A program made the position numbers and the translations under genes. This document shows positions 7,729 to 16,449 of a stretch of DNA of 32,000 nucleotides, piece by piece. Source of the DNA: Thermoplasmata archaeon (GTDB lineage Archaea; Thermoplasmatota; Thermoplasmata; RBG-16-68-12); assembly GCA_036555455.1 (NCBI GenBank), contig DATBLI010000055.1:2580-34579 (forward strand), written 5' to 3'. The notes under the pieces were generated by a model. That model ran no database searches and was not told where the DNA came from. It saw nothing but the letters and a program-made list of their open reading frames with translations. Each line of letters starts with the position of its first letter. Positions within the stretch are counted from its first letter, which is position 1.

Positions 7729-10611
7729 TTTGGCGAGGGCAACGCCTCGATGCGCGACCTCCTCGGGGGGAAGGGCGCCGGCCTCGCAGAGATGACGCGG
7801 CTCGGGCTTCCCGTGCCACCCGGATTCACGATTACGACGAAGGCGTGCCTCGCGTATGGGAGGAGCGGACGGTTCCCGCCCGGCCTGATGAAGCAGGTCG
7901 GCGAGGCCCTTGCGAACATCGAGGGGATGACGGGCAAGAGGTTCGGCGATGCGTCGAATCCCCTGCTCGTCTCCGTGCGCAGCGGCGCGAAGTTCTCCAT
8001 GCCCGGCATGATGGACACGGTCCTGAATGTCGGCCTCAACGACGAGACCGTCGCGGTCCTCGCCGTGCAATCGGGGGACGAGCGATGGGCCTGGGACTCC
8101 TATCGGCGCCTCCTCTCCATGTTCGCGCGAATCGTGAAGGACATCGACGGTCACAAGTTCGAAGCGATCCTCGAGGGCTTCAAGGGGAAGACCGTCGGGA
8201 AGAAGGACACGGACCTGACCGCGGAGATGGTTCGAAGCATCGTCCGTGAGTTCAAGGGGCTTTATCGCAAGGAACTCGGCGAGGAGTTCCCCCAGGACCC
8301 GAAGGAGCAGCTCCGGGAGGCCATCGCGGCCGTCTTCCGGTCCTGGAACGGCAAACGCGCCGTGGACTACCGCAACTTCAACAAGATCCCCCACGACCTC
8401 GGCACGGCGGCGAACGTGCAGACGATGGTCTTCGGCAATCTGGGAGCCGATAGCGGCACGGGCGTCGCCTTCACCCGCAACCCGAGTACGGGGGAGAAGG
8501 AACTCTACGGGGAATATCTGTCCACCGCCCAAGGCGAGGACGTCGTCGCGGGGATCCGGACGCCCCTGAAAATCCGCGAGCTCCAGGAGGTCCTCCCCGA
8601 GGTCTACGGGCAGTTTTCGCGTGTGGCCAATCTCCTGGAGACTCACTTCCGGGACGTGCAGGACGTTGAGTTCACCGTGGAGCACGGGAAACTTTGGATG
8701 CTGCAGACGCGGACGGCGAAACGCACCGCGCAGGCCGCAGTGAAGATCGCGGTGGATATGGTCCAGGAGGGCTCCATCCGCAAGGAGGAGGCCCTGCTGC
8801 GCATCGAGCCGACCCACGTCGTGCATCTGCTCCTGCCGCGGTTCGACGAAGAGGCGAAGAAGAAGGCCCGCATGGAGGGACGCTTCCTCGCGAAGGGTCT
8901 CAACGCCTCCCCCGGGGCGGCCACGGGCATCGTCGTCCTCGACCCGGACGAGGCCGAGACGCTCGGCCGGGACGAGAAGAAGCCCGTGATCCTCGTCCGC
9001 GTGGAGACGTCCCCCGACGATGTGCACGGGATGCTATACTCCCGGGGCATCCTCACGGCCCACGGCGGTGCCACGAGCCACGCGGCAGTTGTCGCGCGGG
9101 GCCTCGGCCTGCCGTGCGTGGCGGGCTGCGAGGCGATCCGGATCGACTACGACGCCGGGGAGTTCCGCGTGGAAGGCAAGGTGATCCGGCGCGGCGACTA
9201 CCTGTCCATCGACGGCACCACGGGCGAGGTCTTGGAGGGCCGCATCCCAACGGTCGAGCCGGAGTTCGAGCGGGAGGAGGACCTGCAGACGATTCTGGCC
9301 TGGGCCGACGAGGCCCGCCGGCTCCAGGTATGGGCCAACGCCGACTACCCGCGGGATGCTGCGCGGGCCCGCAAGTTCGGCGCCCAAGGCATCGGCCTGT
9401 GCCGCACAGAGCACATGTTCTTCGAGACAGACCGCCTCCCAATCGTCCACGAAATGATCCTCGCCGCGCCGGACTACCGCAAGGTGAACGCGCAGATCCG
9501 TTCCCTGCGGGAGGCGGTTGCGTCCGCCGCGGCGGAGAAGAGGCCCGCCGTCGAGAAGGAGCTCGCCCGTGTCGAGCCTACGTATCGAGACTTGTCCCTC
9601 CGGTACTTGGGATCCCTCGAGAAACTCGGAAGGCTCCAGAAGGAGGATTTCGCTGGCATCCTTCGCGCGATGACCGGGCTGCCCGTAATCATTCGCCTCA
9701 TCGACCCGCCTCTCCACGAGTTCCTGCCGAACCACGAGACCCTGCTGGCACAGACGCTTAAGCTCACGATGGCTCGGGGCAACTCCGTCCTCCTCGTCCG
9801 CTCGGCGAGGACCGAGGATGATCGCGCCTTCGTGGAGGAGGTGCGGAAAGCCGGCGACGGGGACCTCGATCGCGGCATCGAGGCCCTCTTGCCAGAGAAG
9901 GAGAAGCTCCTCGCGGCGGTCCGCGCGATGCGGGAGGCGAACCCGATGCTCGGGCTCCGCGGCTGCCGCCTGGGCATCACGTTCCCGGAGATCACGGAGA
10001 TGCAGGTCCGCGCGATCTTCGAGGCCGCGTGTACTCTGAAGAAGGAGGGCGTCGACGTTCATCCGGAAGTCATGATCCCTCTCGTTGGCCATGTGAACGA
10101 ACTCAAGGATCAGCGGGACGCCCTCGAGGGGGAGGCGAAGAAGGTCATGGAGCGCGAGGGCCTGACGGTGGACTACAAATTCGGGACGATGATCGAGATT
10201 CCGAGGGCCGCGCTCACCGCGGACGAGATCGCGCGATACGCAGAGTTCTTCTCCTTCGGCACGAACGACCTCACTCAGACGACCTTCGGCTTCAGCCGCG
10301 ACGACGCGGAGGGCAAGTTCCTCCTCGACTACGTGGAACGGAAGGTCCTTCCCCAGAACCCCTTCCAGTCCCTCGATCGCGAGGGCGTCGGCGAACTCAT
10401 GCGCATGTGCGTCCGGAAGGGGAAGAAGGCCCGGCCCGCCCTCGAGGTCGGCATCTGTGGGGAACACGGGGGCGATCCCGCGAGCATCGAGCTCTGCCAC
10501 GAGCTCGGCCTGAACTACGTATCATGTTCGCCCTTCCGCGTGCCCGTCGCCCGCCTCGCCGCGGCCCACGCGAAGCTCAAGGGCGAGGTTGCTCGTACGG
10601 AGGACCGCTGA
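7720..10611 (+). CDS. ppdK: Pyruvate, phosphate dikinase
   Basis: GGKGAGLAEMTRLGLPVPPGFTITT, SGAKFSMPGMMDTVLNVGLN, TGVAFTRNPSTGEKELYGEYL, GGATSHAAVVARGLGLPCVAG and GICGEHGGDPASIELCHELGLNYVSCSPFRVPVARLAAAH. Confidence 0.97.
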   Translation: MYLFGEGNASMRDLLGGKGAGLAEMTRLGLPVPPGFTITTKACLAYGRSGRFPPGLMKQVGEALANIEGMTGKRFGDASNPLLVSVRSGAKFSMPGMMDTVLNVGLNDETVAVLAVQSGDERWAWDSYRRLLSMFARIVKDIDGHKFEAILEGFKGKTVGKKDTDLTAEMVRSIVREFKGLYRKELGEEFPQDPKEQLREAIAAVFRSWNGKRAVDYRNFNKIPHDLGTAANVQTMVFGNLGADSGTGVAFTRNPSTGEKELYGEYLSTAQGEDVVAGIRTPLKIRELQEVLPEVYGQFSRVANLLETHFRDVQDVEFTVEHGKLWMLQTRTAKRTAQAAVKIAVDMVQEGSIRKEEALLRIEPTHVVHLLLPRFDEEAKKKARMEGRFLAKGLNASPGAATGIVVLDPDEAETLGRDEKKPVILVRVETSPDDVHGMLYSRGILTAHGGATSHAAVVARGLGLPCVAGCEAIRIDYDAGEFRVEGKVIRRGDYLSIDGTTGEVLEGRIPTVEPEFEREEDLQTILAWADEARRLQVWANADYPRDAARARKFGAQGIGLCRTEHMFFETDRLPIVHEMILAAPDYRKVNAQIRSLREAVASAAAEKRPAVEKELARVEPTYRDLSLRYLGSLEKLGRLQKEDFAGILRAMTGLPVIIRLIDPPLHEFLPNHETLLAQTLKLTMARGNSVLLVRSARTEDDRAFVEEVRKAGDGDLDRGIEALLPEKEKLLAAVRAMREANPMLGLRGCRLGITFPEITEMQVRAIFEAACTLKKEGVDVHPEVMIPLVGHVNELKDQRDALEGEAKKVMEREGLTVDYKFGTMIEIPRAALTADEIARYAEFFSFGTNDLTQTTFGFSRDDAEGKFLLDYVERKVLPQNPFQSLDREGVGELMRMCVRKGKKARPALEVGICGEHGGDPASIELCHELGLNYVSCSPFRVPVARLAAAHAKLKGEVARTEDR

Positions 10612-10625
10612 GCCGGATCGGGACC

Positions 10626-11375
10626 ATGGCCGCATCCATCTCCGTCACCTACGCGGTCGTCCTCGTCGTCTCCGCTTTCGCCCTCCCTCTCTTCTTCGTC
10701 TGGTGGATTCGCAACACGAAGCGCGTGGGACGCCCCCCCATGGGAAAAGTCCTGAAGGCGTTCCTCTGGGGCGCGGTGATCAGCGTCCTCATCGCTGTCG
10801 TCCTCGAGTACATGCTCATTGCTTCGGGGGAGCAGATCGCCCCGCTCACGGACTTCCTCTCCCAGCACTTCTCCGATCCCGTCATCGTCCTCACGGCGGT
10901 CATCGTTGCGCCGGCCGTGGAGGAGGCGGCGAAGGCATTCAGCGTGCGAACGGGTCGGCTCGCGGTCCGAGCCCCCGTCGACGGCCTCATCTTCGGCGCC
11001 GCGGTTGGCCTCGGCTTCTCCGCGACGGAGAACCTCTTCAACGGCCTTGCGAGGCCCGAGGACGCCCTGCTGATCATTGCGATCCGTTCCTTCTCCTCCT
11101 CGTTCCTGCACGCGAGCGCGACCGCAGTCATCGGCTACGGCTTGGCCCTCGGCTGGCTCTCCGCCCGCGGCTTCACCTTTCTCCCCTACTACTTCGTCGC
11201 CGTCATCATGCATGCGACCTACAACTTCCTCGCGAGCTTCGGGGAACTCTACCGAAGCGAGTACGGTGACGTCGGCGTGTATGCAGGGTTCGGAGCCGCC
11301 GTCGTGTTCGCCGTGGTCGCGGTCACTCTCGTTCGCTACAAGCTCGTCGAACGCGCACCGAGCCCGACGAGGTGA
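10626..11375 (+). CDS. PrsW-like intramembrane metalloprotease family protein
   Basis: Multi-pass membrane protein with APAVEEAAKAF, DGLIFGAAVGLGFSATENLF and VIMHATYNFLA. ATG at 10626. Confidence 0.8.
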   Translation: MAASISVTYAVVLVVSAFALPLFFVWWIRNTKRVGRPPMGKVLKAFLWGAVISVLIAVVLEYMLIASGEQIAPLTDFLSQHFSDPVIVLTAVIVAPAVEEAAKAFSVRTGRLAVRAPVDGLIFGAAVGLGFSATENLFNGLARPEDALLIIAIRSFSSSFLHASATAVIGYGLALGWLSARGFTFLPYYFVAVIMHATYNFLASFGELYRSEYGDVGVYAGFGAAVVFAVVAVTLVRYKLVERAPSPTR

Positions 11376-11379
11376 GTCC

Positions 11380-12045
11380 ATGAGCCGCGTCATCCTCGTC
11401 GGAGGCCGCCGCATCCACACGACGAAAATCCTCTGCGTCGCACGGAACTACGCGGACCATGCGAAGGAGATGAGCACCCCAATCCCTTCCGAGCCGCTGT
11501 TCTTCCTCAAGCCGACGTCTTCCCTCCTCCCCGGCGGCGGCACGATTCTGCTCCCTTCACAATCGACTCGGGTGGAGGCGGAGACCGAGCTCGCCGTGAT
11601 CATGGAACACGGCGGGCACCACATCCCCACAGAGAGGGCGATGGGGTTCGTGGCAGGCTACGCGGTCTTCTTCGACATCACTGCGCGGGATCTCCAAGCG
11701 AAGGCCCGTCAGGATGGCTTGCCATGGACCGCGTCGAAGGGCTTCGACACCTTCGCCCCAATCTCCGAGGGCGTGGCGGCGTCCCGCGTGCACGACCCCC
11801 ACCGCCTGCCGATCCGACTCCGAGTGAACGGCGTCGTCCGGCAGGATTCGAACACGGGCCAGATGGTCTTCAAGGTTCCCCAGCTCATCGCCGCTGCGTC
11901 CCGAATCATGAGCCTCGAGAAGGGCGACGTGATTGCGACGGGAACCCCCGCGGGGGTTTGCCCCATCCGGGCCGGGGACGTGCTCGAAGGAGAGATTCTT
12001 GGAGTCGGCACGCTGATGTGCACCGCGACGGCGCGAAATCGTTAA
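11380..12045 (+). CDS. Fumarylacetoacetate hydrolase (FAH) family protein
   Basis: KILCVARNYADHAKEM, PLFFLKPTSSLLPGGG, VEAETELAVIM, GYAVFFDITARDLQ, KGFDTFAPI and VIATGTPAGV. Confidence 0.93.
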   Translation: MSRVILVGGRRIHTTKILCVARNYADHAKEMSTPIPSEPLFFLKPTSSLLPGGGTILLPSQSTRVEAETELAVIMEHGGHHIPTERAMGFVAGYAVFFDITARDLQAKARQDGLPWTASKGFDTFAPISEGVAASRVHDPHRLPIRLRVNGVVRQDSNTGQMVFKVPQLIAAASRIMSLEKGDVIATGTPAGVCPIRAGDVLEGEILGVGTLMCTATARNR

Positions 12046-12073
12046 TGCTCCCAACGCCCTGTCCTGCGGCGCC

Positions 12074-12544
12074 ATGCGGTTCCGGTTCGACCTCGATGGG
12101 GACGCGTACTCCGAGAAGAAGGAGGCCTTCAAGCGCATCCTCGCGAAGCATGGGCTGCGATGGAAGGGGACCCTCGACCGGCCTCTGTGGGCGAGCCCGG
12201 CGGAGAAAGTCACCGCCGTCTTCGACCGGGACCAGGAGAAGGATATCCTCCGCCATGCGTCCCTCGTCTGGGAGGGCCGCACGAAGTCGAAGCTCCTCGA
12301 AGACCTGAAGGCGTGGATCTGGGAGATTGGCGGGAAGGCCGAGGAGGAGAAGGGGCCCGCTGTCGAGGATGTCTCCGAGGACGTCGAACGGGCCCTCCAC
12401 TTCTGGGACATCGTGTACGAGCCGAACGTGGACGCGTTGCGGGCCCAGGGCCGCCCGGATTCCTGGATTGAGGAGGACGTCAGGCGGTGGAAACGCCAGC
12501 GCCGGACGCGGCAGCGGGAACTCCTTGGGCGGGCGATGGACTAG
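12074..12544 (+). CDS. Hypothetical protein (156 aa)
   Basis: ORF fits the intergenic space after the FAH-family gene; soluble, charged composition; no family recognised. Confidence 0.7.
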   Translation: MRFRFDLDGDAYSEKKEAFKRILAKHGLRWKGTLDRPLWASPAEKVTAVFDRDQEKDILRHASLVWEGRTKSKLLEDLKAWIWEIGGKAEEEKGPAVEDVSEDVERALHFWDIVYEPNVDALRAQGRPDSWIEEDVRRWKRQRRTRQRELLGRAMD

Positions 12545-12705
12545 TACGGCGCCGGGGACCGGACTTCCAGGGTGTCGTAGCAGTCGAAACAGTATCCCTG
12601 GCGGTGGTCATCGGGGAGTAGGACGAGCCGCATATGGCACTTCCGACAGCGACCCTCGCGGTCCCCTCCCTGCGAGAGCTTCCGAGTATCGACCCTGAGC
12701 TTCAA
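12541..12705 (-). CDS. Small zinc-ribbon protein (~54 aa, TTG start proposed)
   Basis: MKLRVDTRKLSQGGDREGRCRKCHMRLVLLPDDHRQGYCFDCYDTLEVRSPAPY has a CxxC...CxxC pair. A minus-strand TATA-like TTTTTTATAG lies about 50 nt upstream. Confidence 0.6.
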   Translation of the reverse strand: MKLRVDTRKLSQGGDREGRCRKCHMRLVLLPDDHRQGYCFDCYDTLEVRSPAPY

Positions 12706-12827
12706 TGAAATGGTCTCCGCCCCCCGTCCCGATGGTGACGCGCCACGGAGCCGCTGAATTCTATAAAAAACTTGTGCGCTGCCAGGCCCGCCATCGCGAC
12801 ACGACGGTTTAATCAAGCCTCGGCCCA

Positions 12828-13454
12828 TTGCCGCCGACCGTGCTGGCGGGCTTTGTGGCCTTCGAGGGGATCGACGGGTCGGGGAAGACGACCGTCAGCC
12901 GCCGCGTCGCGGAACTCTTCGCGTCCCGCGGCGAACATGTGTTCTTGACGGGGGAGCCGACGCGCTCCTGGCTGGGGGATGCCGTGCGGAGGTCGTACAA
13001 GGACGACGTCGGGCCCCTGGCGGAGGCCTTCCTGTTCCTCGCCGACCGCGCGGTCCACCAGGAGGAACTCCGAAGGCATCTCGCAAACTCCGAGCTCGTC
13101 CTCTGCGACCGCTACGCCGACTCGACGTACGCGTACCAGGGAGCGCGTCTCGAGGGAATCGTCGCGCGTCCCCTGGAGTTCCTGCGCACGCTCAGCGAGC
13201 CGTGGTTGCTCGCGCCCGACCTCACCCTGCTCCTCCGCGTGAGCGCTGACACCGGCCTTTCGAGGATCGCGGACCGCCCCGATCGCGTCCGATTCGAGGA
13301 TGCCGAGTTCTTGAAGAAGGTCGCGGCGAACTACGACCGCCTCTCGAGATCGGAGCGCTTCGCGGTCTTGGATGCCTCACGTCCCAAGGACGTGGTCGTC
13401 GAAGAGGCCGTCTCCGTCATCGAGAAGCGCCTCGCCGGATTCAGGCGGCGTTGA
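12828..13454 (+). CDS. tmk: Thymidylate kinase
   Basis: GFVAFEGIDGSGKTTVSRRVAELF, DRYADSTYAYQG and SDTGLSRIADRPDRVRFED. Confidence 0.95.
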   Translation: MPPTVLAGFVAFEGIDGSGKTTVSRRVAELFASRGEHVFLTGEPTRSWLGDAVRRSYKDDVGPLAEAFLFLADRAVHQEELRRHLANSELVLCDRYADSTYAYQGARLEGIVARPLEFLRTLSEPWLLAPDLTLLLRVSADTGLSRIADRPDRVRFEDAEFLKKVAANYDRLSRSERFAVLDASRPKDVVVEEAVSVIEKRLAGFRRR

Positions 13455-13605
13455 GCCCGGCCGTGACGTCGCTCGCGGGGACGTGACGAGCCAGGAACGC
13501 CCTCGCGAAGACCTGCGCTCGTTCCAACTCCCCCCGTTCGAGGGCGAGGAGGAAGGCGCGGCCGAAGAGAACCTCGAGTTGGGCGGGTTCGCTTGGGGCC
13601 GCCAT
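13441..13605 (-). CDS. Possible small protein (54 aa), tentative
   Basis: MAAPSEPAQLEVLFGRAFLLALERGELERAQVFARAFLARHVPASDVTAGLNAA; helical, and occupies an otherwise empty ~300-bp gap with 14-nt convergent overlap with tmk. Confidence 0.3.
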   Translation of the reverse strand: MAAPSEPAQLEVLFGRAFLLALERGELERAQVFARAFLARHVPASDVTAGLNAA

Positions 13606-13758
13606 GGGACAAGGCGTCGAGCGCCCTTCGGTTGGATGAACGCGATGTACAAGAATATCAGGTACGATTCTCACTTCGCCGGCGGAGCGAGTCTACGACC
13701 CGTGGACAAACCCTTTTATCTCCACGTCCGATTTACGCTGCGTCCATGGGATGCACGC

Positions 13759-15249
13759 ATGGAGTCGCTCGCTCGTTCCAGGCCGACCGCTGACCATGGC
13801 AATGGCTTCGTCGGCGTCATCTACGGGGACATCGGCCCCACGACCTTCCGCTGCTCCGTCGTCGAGCCGGTGGAGCGCTACGAGTTCGTCCAGGTGAGAC
13901 ACGAGACCTGCGGCACGGTCCTCGGCCGCGTCGACGAGATCGAACGGAAGACGGACTTGTCCCTGGAGCGCGCACACCAGATGGGAGATGGCGAGCCTGT
14001 GGACATCGAGGATCGCGTTTCCGTGCAGGTGACGGTCATCGGCTACCGAGACGACCGGGGTCTCCTCCAAGTGCCCCGGACCCCCTTCCGCGCCGGGGAG
14101 GCCGTCCATCGGGCGGAGAAGGACGTGATCAAGGAAGTCATCGGCCTGGCGGAGGACAAGAAGCACGGTGCCTACGTGGGCCTGCTCTCCGGGCACGACG
14201 TTCCCGTGTACCTCGATATCAACGCGATGGTCCAGAAACACGTGTCCATCATCGCGAAGACGGGAGGCGGGAAGTCCTACGTCGCCGGGGACATCATCGA
14301 GGAGCTGATGAAGCACCATGTGACCACGGTGATCCTCGACCCCCATGGGGAATACGTCTCCCTCGCCGAGAAAGGAAAAGTCCCACCCGGTGCGGAACGC
14401 TTCCATGTCGAGCCGCGATCCTATCCCGAGGTCCTGCAGGTCTTCTCCCCGGACACGAAGGTGAACCACGGAGCTCGCCCGCTGAAGTTCACCCTGAGCA
14501 ATCTCGACGCGCGGGACATCTTGTCCCTGACGGGTTCGGGGAAGGTGAGGACCCATCTGACGGCCCTGCGAAAGGCGCTCGACCTTCTCCGCCAGGCCTC
14601 GAAGAACTACACGATCCGCGATATCATCCGGGTCCTCGAGCGGGACGAGGACCCCGCGAACGCGAGCCTCATGGACGAGCTCGAGTACCTCAGCGAGGTC
14701 GAGATTTTCGCCCAGGAGGGGACGCGGATCGACGAGCTCGTTGTGAAGGGCAAGACGACGATTGTGAACCTCAAGGGCGTCGCCCCGGATATCCAGGAGC
14801 TCGTCGTGAACCGATTGGCCACCGCGATGTTTGAACTCCGGAAGGTCGGCCGGATACCGCCGATGATGCTCGTCGTCGAGGAGGCCCACAACTTCTGCCC
14901 TCAGGTGGGTCAGGTGGCCTCGTCGAAGGTCTTCCGCACGCTCGCCTCGGAAGGTCGCAAGTTCGGGCTGGGGCTCATCATCATCACGCAGCGCGCCGCG
15001 AAAGTCGACAAGAATGTCCTGAGCCAGTGCAACACCCAGATCATCCTGAAGGTCACGAACCCCAACGACTTGAAGGCGATTGTCCAGAGCGTCGAGGGGC
15101 TGACGACGGCCATGGCGGAGGAAATCTCCCGTCTGCCCATCGGCGTGGCGATCATGACAGGCGGTGGCCTCCAGATGCCCTTGATGGTCGAAGTCCGGCC
15201 GCGGGAAACGAAGCACGGCGGCGAGAGCGTGAAGATCATCGAGGACTGA
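13759..15249 (+). CDS. HerA-like ATPase (bipolar helicase/translocase family)
   Basis: VSIIAKTGGGKSYVAGDIIEEL (Walker A), VTTVILDPHGEY, MMLVVEEAHNFCP (Walker B), ASEGRKFGLGLIIITQRAAKVDKNVLSQCNTQIILKVTN. ATG 13759 chosen; TATA-like cttttatct about 45 nt upstream. Confidence 0.92.
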   Translation: MESLARSRPTADHGNGFVGVIYGDIGPTTFRCSVVEPVERYEFVQVRHETCGTVLGRVDEIERKTDLSLERAHQMGDGEPVDIEDRVSVQVTVIGYRDDRGLLQVPRTPFRAGEAVHRAEKDVIKEVIGLAEDKKHGAYVGLLSGHDVPVYLDINAMVQKHVSIIAKTGGGKSYVAGDIIEELMKHHVTTVILDPHGEYVSLAEKGKVPPGAERFHVEPRSYPEVLQVFSPDTKVNHGARPLKFTLSNLDARDILSLTGSGKVRTHLTALRKALDLLRQASKNYTIRDIIRVLERDEDPANASLMDELEYLSEVEIFAQEGTRIDELVVKGKTTIVNLKGVAPDIQELVVNRLATAMFELRKVGRIPPMMLVVEEAHNFCPQVGQVASSKVFRTLASEGRKFGLGLIIITQRAAKVDKNVLSQCNTQIILKVTNPNDLKAIVQSVEGLTTAMAEEISRLPIGVAIMTGGGLQMPLMVEVRPRETKHGGESVKIIED

Positions 15250-15290
15250 GGGCCGCGAAAGGATTTAGCGAGGGGGACCCATCGCCTGCC

Positions 15291-15575
15291 GTGGACCTCC
15301 GTGCCCTCGTCGAGAAGGACGTCGCCCTCACGGAGAAGGCGTTGGCAAAAGTGAAGATCGCTCCACCTCCGCGGTCCCATCTGCGCAAGATTGCCGAGGA
15401 CTTCCTGTCAATGACCCGTGCCTACTGCGAAGACGCGAAGCACTTTCGTGACAAGGGCGAACTCGAGAAGGCGCTCGCCGACATCAACTACGCCCATGGG
15501 TGGCTCGACGCAGGCGCGCGCATGGGCCTCTTCGATGTTCAGGGAGACGATCAGCTCTTCACGCTGAGCGAGTGA
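15291..15575 (+). CDS. DUF357 family protein
   Basis: MDLRALVEKDVALTEKALAKVKI...DFLSMTRAYCEDAKHFRDKGELEKALADINYAHGWLDAGARMGLFDV; GTG start at 15291. Confidence 0.85.
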   Translation: MDLRALVEKDVALTEKALAKVKIAPPPRSHLRKIAEDFLSMTRAYCEDAKHFRDKGELEKALADINYAHGWLDAGARMGLFDVQGDDQLFTLSE

Positions 15576-15576
15576 C

Positions 15577-16449
15577 TCAGATCACCCGCGCGCCGTCGTT
15601 GTCGACCTCGCACCGCGAGATTGTCCCGAATTTCAAGAAGAGGCTCACGAGTTCCTGTCGGGTGCCGTCCGCGAAGATGGAATTGCCGAGCATGGCCATC
15701 GAAGCCCGGCCGAACATTCGGCTCCCGCGAACGACCTCGAGGATCGTCTTGCTCGCGAGGCCCGTGTCCTCCGCGAAGCGGTTCCCGAGGTCAAAGAGCC
15801 TCTCGAAGGTTGGATTCGAAGCGAACTGCTCGACGCAGTCCCCGCCGACTCGGTTGATCGCAGCAACCCTCGTCGGATCACGGATCACCGACCTCGTGGG
15901 AATCTCCGGGCCGACGGTCGCGAGAAGCAGCGGCTTCCGCACCTTGAATGTCCGGACCTCCGCGAAGCCGGGCGCGCCGGGCCGGAGCCGCAGGTCCATC
16001 CCGCCCATCGAGGCCGGGACGACGTCCCCGAGGCCCGTTCCGCACTCTACGTCCGTCTCGTGGGCGAGGGCCACGAGCTCCTCCCGTTTCATGCCAAGTC
16101 CAAGGGCATCGTCGAGGGCCAGGACCGTGCTCAGGGCCGCCGCGGAGCTCACCCCGAAGCCTTGGGACACGGGCAGAGGGGATTCGCTGAGGATTTTCAC
16201 TTCATAGGGTCGGTCCTGCAGGACCTTCACGGCGGCGCGCTCCGTGACTTCGGCGCGCCTCCGCTTCTCGTTCACGAAGATCTCCATCGAGGGCATCGAA
16301 GCATCCCGGACACGGGCGGTCGTCTTCACGCCCAGGGTGAGGGACAGTCCCGCCCCCCGGGATCCCTTCTTCCGCGGATTCGCGTCCTCACAGACTTCGA
16401 AGAAAGCGGTGACGTGCCCGGGGCAGAACGCCTCACCCTGAGACACCAT
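15577..16449 (-). CDS. Archaeal pantoate kinase (GHMP kinase superfamily)
   Basis: AFCPGHVTAFFEV, GSRGAGLSLTLGV, SESPLPVSQGFGVSSAAALSTVLALDDALG and CGTGLGDVVPASMGGMDLRLRPG; 3'-adjacent to coaBC in the same direction. Confidence 0.88.
   Translation of the reverse strand: MVSQGEAFCPGHVTAFFEVCEDANPRKKGSRGAGLSLTLGVKTTARVRDASMPSMEIFVNEKRRRAEVTERAAVKVLQDRPYEVKILSESPLPVSQGFGVSSAAALSTVLALDDALGLGMKREELVALAHETDVECGTGLGDVVPASMGGMDLRLRPGAPGFAEVRTFKVRKPLLLATVGPEIPTRSVIRDPTRVAAINRVGGDCVEQFASNPTFERLFDLGNRFAEDTGLASKTILEVVRGSRMFGRASMAMLGNSIFADGTRQELVSLFLKFGTISRCEVDNDGARVI

Noticed and set aside
9034-10500. 488-aa minus-strand ORF (and 453-aa ORF 7666..9027)
   Set aside because: Antisense to ppdK, whose motifs run across the whole region; explained by GC3 bias.
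13693-15216. 507-aa minus-strand ORF
   Set aside because: Mirror of the HerA-like coding sequence; His/Arg/Asp-rich with no recognisable motif.
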